NCBI GenBank assembly: GCA_021799495.1
Contig: JAJZAI010000012.1
Location: forward strand, 4,292-68,291
From: Deltaproteobacteria bacterium
GTDB taxonomy: Bacteria > Desulfobacterota > Binatia > Binatales > Binataceae
Direction of reading: 5' to 3'
Length of the DNA stretch: 64,000 bases
This document shows, in pieces, positions 57,540 through 64,000 of the stretch; position 1 is the stretch's first letter, and the number at the start of each line of letters is the position of its first letter. Made by a program: the position numbers and the translations under genes. Below the pieces are notes generated by a model. It did not search any database. It was not told where the DNA came from and saw only the letters and a program-made list of their open reading frames with translations.

Positions 57540-58880
57540 ATGTTCGACACGCTCAGCGACCGCCTCGAAGGCGTCTTTAAGAAATTAAAAGGCCAAGGTC
57601 GCATCACCGAGCGTAATATCGACGAAGCGCTCCGTGAAGTCCGCCTCGCCCTGCTCGAGGCCGACGTCAATATTAAAGTCGTCCGCGATTTCGTCGAACA
57701 CGTAAAGAAGAAGGCGCTCGGGCAGGAGGTGCTGCGCTCGCTCACCCCCGAGCAGCATCTGGTGAAATTCGTCGCCGCCGAGCTGTGCGAGGTGATGGGC
57801 GGCAGCGCCCGCGAACTAGACCTCAAGGTCAAGCCGCCCGCCAAAATCATGGTGGCCGGCCTGCAGGGTTCGGGCAAAACCACTTCGCTGGCCAAGCTCG
57901 CGCGTTTTCTCAAGACCGAGCGCAAGCGCCATCCGCTGATGGTCTCGACCGACGTGCGGCGGCCCGCCGCGATGGAGCAGTTGCGGATTCTGGGCGCGCA
58001 AATCGGCGTGCCGGTCGCGGAGAGCCGCGAGACCGAGGATCCGGTCGAGATCGTAAGCCGGGCGCTGATGCGGGCCGAAGTCGGCGGCCACGACGCGCTG
58101 CTGATCGACACCGCCGGCCGGCTGCAAATCGACGACGAACTGATGGAGGAGTTGGACCGGCTCAAGGTCGCCGCGAATCCCCATCATACGATTCTGGTGG
58201 CCGACGCGATGACCGGCCAGGACGCGGTCAACGTCGCGCAGGGCTTTCACGATCGGCTCAAGATTTCGGGTCTGATCCTGACGAAGCTCGACAGCGACGC
58301 GCGCGGCGGCGCCGCGCTTTCGGTGCGCGCGATCACCGGAGCGCCGATCCTGTTCGCCGGCATGGGCGAAAAGCTCGACGCCTTCGAGGTGTTCCATCCG
58401 GACCGCCTCGCCTCGCGCATTCTGGGCATGGGCGACATGCTCAGCCTGATCGAAAAGACCCAGCAAAATTACGATCAGAACAAGGCCAAAGAGCTCGAGC
58501 GCAAGCTCAAGAAAAACGAGTTTTCGATCGAGGATTTCGCCGAACAGCTCCGCACGATCCGCAAGATGGGATCGATCGGCGACCTGCTCGGGATGATTCC
58601 GGGGCTGAAGAAAATCGCCGGCCAGGCCGATTCCGAGGAGGCGAAGGCCGAACTCAAGCGGGTGCAGGCGATAATCGACTCGATGACCCGGCAGGAACGG
58701 CAGAACCATCTGATTTTGAACGGCAAGCGGCGCGCGCGAATCGCGGCCGGCAGCGGCGCCTCCGTGCAGGAGGTCAACCGCTTCGTCAAGCAGTTCGAGC
58801 AGACCCGCAAAATGATGAAGAAAATCACCCGAATGGGCGTAGGCGGCCCCCTGATGCGCAGCCTGGGCTTCGGGCGCTAG
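57540..58880 (+). CDS. ffh: Signal recognition particle protein Ffh
   Basis: MFDTLSDRLEGVFKKLKG start, GLQGSGKTTS, DTAGRL, TKLDSDARGG and a Met-rich M domain. Confidence 0.97.
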   Translation: MFDTLSDRLEGVFKKLKGQGRITERNIDEALREVRLALLEADVNIKVVRDFVEHVKKKALGQEVLRSLTPEQHLVKFVAAELCEVMGGSARELDLKVKPPAKIMVAGLQGSGKTTSLAKLARFLKTERKRHPLMVSTDVRRPAAMEQLRILGAQIGVPVAESRETEDPVEIVSRALMRAEVGGHDALLIDTAGRLQIDDELMEELDRLKVAANPHHTILVADAMTGQDAVNVAQGFHDRLKISGLILTKLDSDARGGAALSVRAITGAPILFAGMGEKLDAFEVFHPDRLASRILGMGDMLSLIEKTQQNYDQNKAKELERKLKKNEFSIEDFAEQLRTIRKMGSIGDLLGMIPGLKKIAGQADSEEAKAELKRVQAIIDSMTRQERQNHLILNGKRRARIAAGSGASVQEVNRFVKQFEQTRKMMKKITRMGVGGPLMRSLGFGR

Positions 58881-58908
58881 AATAGTCGAGGGAGAAAGAA
58901 TCGCAGGT

Positions 58909-59163
58909 ATGGCACTGGTAATCCGGCTGCGCCGCCATGGCGCGCGCAAGAAACCGTTTTTTCGCATCGTAGTGGCCGATTCGAGTTCGCCGCGCGACGG
59001 ACGTTTCGTCGCTCAGATCGGCACTTACGACCCGGCCTTCAATCCGCCCAAGGTCACGCTCAAAGCCGAAGAGGCGGACCGATGGCTTAAATCGGGCGCC
59101 CAGCCCAGCGACACCGTGAGGAAGCTGCTCAAGCAAGCGACAAGCGCCGCTCAATCAGCCTGA
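58909..59163 (+). CDS. rpsP: 30S ribosomal protein S16
   Basis: MALVIRLRRHGARKKPFFRIVVADSSSPRDGRF is canonical bS16. Confidence 0.95.
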   Translation: MALVIRLRRHGARKKPFFRIVVADSSSPRDGRFVAQIGTYDPAFNPPKVTLKAEEADRWLKSGAQPSDTVRKLLKQATSAAQSA

Positions 59164-59183
59164 CGCCTTCCAGGGAGCCTGCC

Positions 59184-59420
59184 ATGAAGGAGCTAGTCCA
59201 GTTCCTGGCGCAGCAGTTGGTCAACAATCCTGACGCGGTCGAAGTCAAGGAGACCCAGGGCGATACCGCCTCGGTGCTCGAACTGCGGGTGGCGAAGGAA
59301 GACCTCGGCCGCGTTATCGGCAAGCAGGGACGGACGGCCAAGTCGATCCGCACGATCCTGAATGCGGTCGCCTCGCGCACCAACCGCAAGGTCGTGCTGG
59401 AGATTATCGAAGACAAATAG
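59184..59420 (+). CDS. KH-domain RNA-binding protein (YlqC/UPF0109)
   Basis: LGRVIGKQGRTAKSIRTIL (GxxG KH motif). Conserved position between rpsP and rimM. Confidence 0.85.
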   Translation: MKELVQFLAQQLVNNPDAVEVKETQGDTASVLELRVAKEDLGRVIGKQGRTAKSIRTILNAVASRTNRKVVLEIIEDK

Positions 59421-59426
59421 GCCGGA

Positions 59427-59990
59427 ATGGACGCGGCCGGCAGGTTTCCGACGCTGAACGAATCGAATCCGGCCGCGCCGGGCGGCTTGGTGCGGATTGG
59501 CTATATCGCCGGCGCCCACGGCCTCAAGGGCGCCCTTCGGCTCAGACCGGACGATGCGGAGTCGTCGATTCTGGAAACGATTCGACGCCTCTTTTTATCG
59601 CACGGCGGCGCGCCGCCGCGGGAATACCGGTTGAACGCGATCGCGCGGCTCAATCGGACGACGCTCAGAATCGCGCTCGAAGGAATCGCGACGCCGGAGG
59701 CGGCCGACGCGCTGCGCGGCGCGATCGTCGCGGTCGCGGCCGACGAGATGCCGGCGCTTGCCGAAGGCGAGTTCTATTATTATCAGACGATCGGCTGCGA
59801 AGTGACGACCGCGGCGGGCGAAAGAATCGGCGTGGTTGAGGAAGTTTTCAGCAACGGCGCGAACGACGTCCTGGTCGTGCGCGAGGGTGCGCGCGAAATT
59901 CTGATTCCGGCGATCGCCGACGTGATCCATTCACTCGATCTCGACCGGCGCCGGATCGTTATCGAGGCGGTTCCCGGCCTGCTCGAATAG
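59427..59990 (+). CDS. rimM: 16S rRNA processing protein RimM
   Basis: [30 protein letters not shown] and [20 protein letters not shown] (PRC barrel). The start may lie further downstream. Confidence 0.85.
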   Translation: MDAAGRFPTLNESNPAAPGGLVRIGYIAGAHGLKGALRLRPDDAESSILETIRRLFLSHGGAPPREYRLNAIARLNRTTLRIALEGIATPEAADALRGAIVAVAADEMPALAEGEFYYYQTIGCEVTTAAGERIGVVEEVFSNGANDVLVVREGAREILIPAIADVIHSLDLDRRRIVIEAVPGLLE

Positions 59991-60030
59991 AATTTCCGGC
60001 CTTATGGGCGTGGCGCAAAACCGTTCGGCG

Positions 60031-60720
60031 ATGGAATTTCACGTAATCACGCTTTTTCCCGAGATGTTCGCGGCGCTCGACGCCGGCCTGATCGGCCGCG
60101 CGCGCGGTCAGGGCCTGATCGCGATTTCCGCGCACAATCTGCGCGAGCATGGTCTCGGCGCGTACCATCAGGTGGACGACGCACCCTACGGCGGCGGCAG
60201 CGGGATGGTGATGCGGCCGGAGCCGATCGCCGCCGCGATCGACGCGGTCGAAAGCGAAGCGCCCGGGCTGGTGAAAATCCTGATGACGCCGCAAGGCGAG
60301 CCGTTCAGCCAGCGCGTGGCGCGCGATCTCGCCTCGGCGGCGCGCGGCCTGATGCTGATCGCGGGGCGTTACGAAGGCTTCGACGAACGCGTGCGCGCGA
60401 TGGTCGATCGGGAAATTTCGATCGGCGATTACGTGCTGACCGGCGGCGAACTGCCCGCGATGGTCGTGATCGAGGCGGTCGCGCGGCTGCTGCCCGGCGT
60501 GCTCGGGAATCCCGCCTCGCTGGAGGAGGAATCGTTCGCGGGCGGCGAACTACTGGAATATCCGCAGTACACGCGGCCCGAGGAATTCCGCGGGATGCGC
60601 GTGCCGGAAGTGCTGCTGAGCGGCGATCACGGCAAAATCCGCGCATGGCGACGCGAAGAGGCGCGGCGGCGCACCGGACGGCGGCGACCCGATTTGGGCA
60701 GCGCGCCGCGCAAGGGCTGA
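60031..60720 (+). CDS. trmD: tRNA (guanine37-N1)-methyltransferase
   Basis: [37 protein letters not shown] and [16 protein letters not shown] motifs. Confidence 0.93.
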   Translation: MEFHVITLFPEMFAALDAGLIGRARGQGLIAISAHNLREHGLGAYHQVDDAPYGGGSGMVMRPEPIAAAIDAVESEAPGLVKILMTPQGEPFSQRVARDLASAARGLMLIAGRYEGFDERVRAMVDREISIGDYVLTGGELPAMVVIEAVARLLPGVLGNPASLEEESFAGGELLEYPQYTRPEEFRGMRVPEVLLSGDHGKIRAWRREEARRRTGRRRPDLGSAPRKG

Positions 60721-60721
60721 C

Positions 60722-61279
60722 GTGGCTGACCTGCATATCGCGCTCGCGCATTATCCGGTGATCGATCGCACCGGCAAAATCGTCACCTCCGCGATCACCA
60801 GCCTCGATCTGCACGATCTCGCGCGGGCGGCGCGGACCTACGGGGCGAAGGCGTTTTTCGTCATCCATCCCACCCCCGACCAGCGCGCGTTCGCGGCCCG
60901 GGTGCTCGAACACTGGCGGATCGGCCACGGCCGCCAATTCGATTCGCGCCGGCGCGAGGCGCTCGACCTGATTCAAATCGTGCCCGCGTTCGACGACGCG
61001 CTCGCCGCGATCGAAGCGCTGAGCGGGATGCGTCCGCTGGTCGCGTTCACCTCGGCGCGGGCCGAAGGCGGACTGCCCTGGAGCGCGGCGCGCGCGATGC
61101 TTCAGCAGGACGACGGCCCGCCGCTGATGGTGCTGTTCGGAACGGGATTCGGGATGGCGCCGGCGCTGGCCGAGCGCGCGGATCTCACCCTGCCGCCGAT
61201 TCTCGGCGCGGGCGATTACAATCATTTGTCGGTGCGCGCGGCGGCCGGAATAATTCTCGATCGATTGTGCGGGCGATAG
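60722..61279 (+). CDS. Predicted SPOUT-type RNA methyltransferase (Methyltrn_RNA_4-like)
   Basis: HYPVIDRTGKIVTSAITSLDLHDLARAARTYG ... LFGTGFGM ... DYNHLSVRAAAGIILDRL. As I recall, this pattern matches the family commonly found between trmD and rplS. Confidence 0.6.
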   Translation: MADLHIALAHYPVIDRTGKIVTSAITSLDLHDLARAARTYGAKAFFVIHPTPDQRAFAARVLEHWRIGHGRQFDSRRREALDLIQIVPAFDDALAAIEALSGMRPLVAFTSARAEGGLPWSAARAMLQQDDGPPLMVLFGTGFGMAPALAERADLTLPPILGAGDYNHLSVRAAAGIILDRLCGR

Positions 61280-61371
61280 GGCGTACTGCGAATGGCCGCG
61301 CGGCGCGCACGATGCGATAATGCGCGGCGGCGCGCCGCGCGTACGATACGGGCGGCCGGCGCGGTAATACG

Positions 61372-61578
61372 ATGAAAATAATCACCGACCTGATGATCTT
61401 CTTCGGCGCGGTTATCCTGGTGACCGGCACGGACCTCGTAATCGAAACCGCCGGGCAGGACCTGGCGAGCGTCGGCGGACTGCTCGGCACGCTGCTCTCG
61501 ATCGTCGGCGTCTCGCTGCTGGCGGCCGGATTGCTGAGCTATCGCAACCGCGCCGCCGGCGACAAGGACGCAGCCTGA
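61372..61578 (+). CDS. Small two-TM membrane protein (hypothetical)
   Basis: 68 aa, with helices LMIFFGAVILVTG and LLGTLLSIVGVSLLAAGLL. Strong GC3 bias in this frame. Confidence 0.45.
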   Translation: MKIITDLMIFFGAVILVTGTDLVIETAGQDLASVGGLLGTLLSIVGVSLLAAGLLSYRNRAAGDKDAA

Positions 61579-61582
61579 TGGA

Positions 61583-61948
61583 ATGCGGCGGCGCAAATCG
61601 CCGGCCTTGCGCGATCGCGCGATGACGGCGGAAGAAACGGCGGCGCGCGGCCGGATCCGGCGGGAGCGCAGGTGGCTGCTGGGATGGGCGGCGACGCTCG
61701 GGCCGGCGCTCTGGGTCGCGGCCCGCGCGGCGGATTGCGAAATCGCGCTGGCGGGCGTGGCGCTGGTCTGGACGATCGGAATCGCGCTCGCGGCCGGGCG
61801 GCTGATGTTCGCGCGCTGCCCGCGCTGCGGCCAGCTTTTCCATTCGTCAAACGGCGCGCCGAGCGTAACCAAGTTGTTCGCCAGCCGCTGCGGCCAGTGC
61901 GGGATGCGCCTCAAGCCGGAACGGGTCATCTACCCGAGCCTGGAATAA
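61583..61948 (+). CDS. Hypothetical membrane protein with C-terminal zinc-ribbon
   Basis: TM segments WLLGWAATLGPALWVAA and LAGVALVWTIGIALAAG, followed by CPRCG..(18)..CGQCG. High GC3. Alternative start at ATG 61622. Confidence 0.45.
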   Translation: MRRRKSPALRDRAMTAEETAARGRIRRERRWLLGWAATLGPALWVAARAADCEIALAGVALVWTIGIALAAGRLMFARCPRCGQLFHSSNGAPSVTKLFASRCGQCGMRLKPERVIYPSLE

Positions 61949-62021
61949 ATCGCAGCAGGCCGTTGTTACATCGCGGCGAATTAGCTAAATTATTTGGCTC
62001 ATCTTCGGGGGTGGGACTCCC

Positions 62022-62366
62022 ATGAACAGCGTAATCCAGAAAATTGAAGAGCGCGCCTTGCGCACCGACCTCCCCGAGTTTCGCGTTGGCGATACGGTGC
62101 GGTTGCAGGTCAAGGTGGTCGAAGGCGAAAAAGAGCGAATCCAGCCCTTCGAGGGCGTGGTTATCAAGATGAACCGCGGCGGCAGCCGCGCGACCTTCAC
62201 CGTGCGGAAAATCTCCTACGGTATCGGCGTCGAACGAATTTTCCCCTTCCACTCGCCGCGAATCGAAAAAATCCAGGTGCTGACCCGGGGCAAAGTCCGC
62301 CGCGCGAAGCTCTATTATCTGCGCGGACTCTCGGGCAAAGCGGCGCGAATCCAGAGCGCGGGCTGA
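62022..62366 (+). CDS. rplS: 50S ribosomal protein L19
   Basis: [29 protein letters not shown] ... RRAKLYYLR is canonical bL19. Confidence 0.95.
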   Translation: MNSVIQKIEERALRTDLPEFRVGDTVRLQVKVVEGEKERIQPFEGVVIKMNRGGSRATFTVRKISYGIGVERIFPFHSPRIEKIQVLTRGKVRRAKLYYLRGLSGKAARIQSAG

Positions 62367-62400
62367 TCTTCAGTCGTCCGCCCGCGCGCCGGGCGAACAA

Positions 62401-62877
62401 TCAGGATTCGGATTTATCGGGCGCGAGGCCGGCGTTCGCGGGATGACCGACGACGAGATCGGCTTCGATGCGGGCGCCTTCGTTGACCGTCAGCCGTTCG
62501 GCCTCGACGCGCCCTTTGACGCGCGCCGCCGGGCCGATTATCACGGCCCTGGCGCCCAGCACTTCGCCGTGAAATTCGCCGAGGATCAATATCCGCGGCG
62601 TGCGCACGCGCGCGTCAACCGCGCCCGTTTCGGAGATCACCACCAGGTCGTTTGAGCTGATTTCGCCGCGGAACTGGCCGTCGATGCGGGCCGGGCCGGT
62701 AAACGCGAGCTTTCCCGAAATATTGATATTGTGGCCGACCGCCACGCGAATCCGGTCGTCAATCCATCCATGGCCGGATACTTGCGCCGCCGCGACGTGC
62801 GCGCGGCCCGGCTCCGCGCCGGCCGCCGGTGCGGACGGCGTCGCCGCCGGATCGTTGGTGCGGTTCGTCAATCGCAT
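62401..62877 (-). CDS. Bactofilin-family cytoskeletal protein
   Basis: Beta-helical repeat pattern ISGKLAFTGPARIDGQFRGEISSNDLVVISETGAVDARVRTPRILILGEFHGEV, flanked by disordered termini. Confidence 0.8.
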   Translation of the reverse strand: MRLTNRTNDPAATPSAPAAGAEPGRAHVAAAQVSGHGWIDDRIRVAVGHNINISGKLAFTGPARIDGQFRGEISSNDLVVISETGAVDARVRTPRILILGEFHGEVLGARAVIIGPAARVKGRVEAERLTVNEGARIEADLVVGHPANAGLAPDKSES

Positions 62878-62895
62878 CGGCAGGCCCCGGACGGT

Positions 62896-63906
62896 TCAGA
62901 GCGCGGGAAAGACGTGACACGCCACAGCGTGTCCGTTTTTTCCGGCGACGAGCGCGGGCGTCACGGTCTTGCAGATATCTTTCGCATAGGGGCATCGCGG
63001 ATGGAAGCCGCATCCGGGCGGCGGATCGAGCGGGCTGGGAACTTCGCCGGGCAGCTTGATGCGTTCGGGGCGGGCGGCGGCGTCGATTGCGGGAATCGCG
63101 GAAAGCAGCGCGCGCGTATAGGGATGGCGCGGCGCGGCGTAAATCTCCTCGCGCCCGGCCAGCTCCACGATTTTCCCCAGGTACATGATCGCGACGCGGC
63201 GGCTGATGTGCTCGACCACGCGCAAATCGTGCGCGATAAAGAGGTAGGTCAGCCGCAGATCGTCCTGCAAATCCTGAAGCAGATTGATGATCTGCGCCTG
63301 AATCGACACGTCGAGCGCGGACACCGGCTCGTCGAGCACCAAAAAGCGCGGCTCGACCGCGAGCGCGCGCGCGATGCCGATACGCTGGCGCTGGCCGCCG
63401 GAAAATTCGTGCGGAAGACGGTCGAGCGCGTCGGGTCCAAGACCGACCCGCTCGAGCATCTTCACCACGCGTTCTTCTTTTTCCTTGCCGCGCGCGAGGC
63501 CGTGAATTTCGATGCCCTCGGCGACGATCGCCCGCACCCGCATCCGCGGATTCAACGACGAATACGGATCCTGAAAAACGACCTGCATCCGCCGCCGCAT
63601 CTGGCGCATCTCGTCGCGGCTGAGCGCCGCCAGATCGCGCCCCTCGAAGAAAATCTGTCCGGCGGTCGGCTCGATCAGCCGCAGGATCAGCCGTCCCAGC
63701 GTCGATTTGCCGGAGCCGGATTCGCCGACCAGTCCAACCGTTTCGCCGGGCGCGATTTCGAGATCGATTCCATCGACCGCCTTGACCGTCAGGCGCTGGC
63801 CGCCGAGCAATCCCGCCTGACCGGCCGGAAACTCCTTGCGCACGCCGGCGCATCGCACCAGCACCGCCGCGGCCATGCCAAGTTCAGACGCGGATGCAGG
63901 CGACAT
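62896..63906 (-). CDS. Oligopeptide/dipeptide ABC transporter ATP-binding protein (OppF/DppF-type)
   Basis: Walker [10 protein letters not shown], signature [15 protein letters not shown], Walker B FLVLDEP, and the C-terminal oligopeptide-ABC extension HPYTRALL...[10 protein letters not shown]. Start is 63906 or 63876. Confidence 0.85.
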   Translation of the reverse strand: MSPASASELGMAAAVLVRCAGVRKEFPAGQAGLLGGQRLTVKAVDGIDLEIAPGETVGLVGESGSGKSTLGRLILRLIEPTAGQIFFEGRDLAALSRDEMRQMRRRMQVVFQDPYSSLNPRMRVRAIVAEGIEIHGLARGKEKEERVVKMLERVGLGPDALDRLPHEFSGGQRQRIGIARALAVEPRFLVLDEPVSALDVSIQAQIINLLQDLQDDLRLTYLFIAHDLRVVEHISRRVAIMYLGKIVELAGREEIYAAPRHPYTRALLSAIPAIDAAARPERIKLPGEVPSPLDPPPGCGFHPRCPYAKDICKTVTPALVAGKNGHAVACHVFPAL

Positions 63907-64000
63907 GATGGGCGGGGGCCTTTTCTTCGAGCGGCGGTTCGATCCGCGCGCAATCCTCAATCGCGTTGGGGCAGCGCGGATGAAACCGGCATCCGGAGGG
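63884..64000 (-). CDS. C-terminal end of an OppD/DppD-type ABC ATP-binding protein (partial, continues beyond the window)
   Basis: Manual translation of the minus strand from the window edge gives [38 protein letters not shown] with a stop at 63884-63886. This is the typical oligopeptide ABC C-terminal Cys-rich motif. Confidence 0.6.
   Translation of the reverse strand, partial: PSGCRFHPRCPNAIEDCARIEPPLEEKAPAHHVACIRV

Noticed and set aside
62379-62395. A GC hairpin (cgcccg-cgcgc-cgggcg) between the convergent rplS and bactofilin genes, considered as a bidirectional terminator.
   Set aside because: It has only a 6-bp stem and no flanking T/A tracts on either strand. That is too weak to annotate as a terminator.

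Overview
This is a densely coding, high-GC bacterial chromosome segment (roughly two-thirds G+C by eye) with about 70 supportable CDS. I found no rRNA, tRNA, CRISPR array, transposase or integrase.

Most of the window is housekeeping and well conserved:
- secA, argJ, murI, engB, rpe
- rsmB-fmt-def, priA, aroC-aroK-aroB, ileS-lspA
- yifB/comM-like gene, ffh
- an rpsP-KH-rimM-trmD-(SPOUT)-rplS ribosome-biogenesis cluster
- cinA, pgpA and opp/dpp ATPases

Envelope markers (LspA, RlpA, PgpA, an LPS-kinase-like protein, bactofilin) suggest a diderm lineage. I cannot assign taxonomy from sequence alone.

Five regions look accessory or unusual:
1. nt ~1060-8650: a convergent glycan-modification cluster. 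It holds three paralogous PAPS-type sulfotransferases, a GT4, a GT2, a Zn-ribbon SAM-methyltransferase and a Kdo/WaaP-like kinase. Supporting sulfur and PAP functions lie elsewhere in the window (TauE/SafE plus DUF1634, and a CysQ-like phosphatase).
2. nt 13092-17231: a translationally coupled string, engB > GT2 > unknown protein > SPL-family radical SAM enzyme > murI.
3. nt 29296-31779: a single 827-aa adenylating enzyme - carrier domain - PlsC acyltransferase fusion, next to a glycerophosphodiesterase.
4. nt ~56114-57400: a visibly AT-rich islet between yifB and ffh that encodes two orphan membrane proteins.
5. nt 61372-61948: two small membrane / zinc-ribbon ORFs inserted between trmD-SPOUT and rplS.

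All functional calls rest on motifs I could read in the supplied translations. No database search was run. Many long ORFs in the six-frame track are antisense or off-frame artefacts of the high GC content and were rejected.
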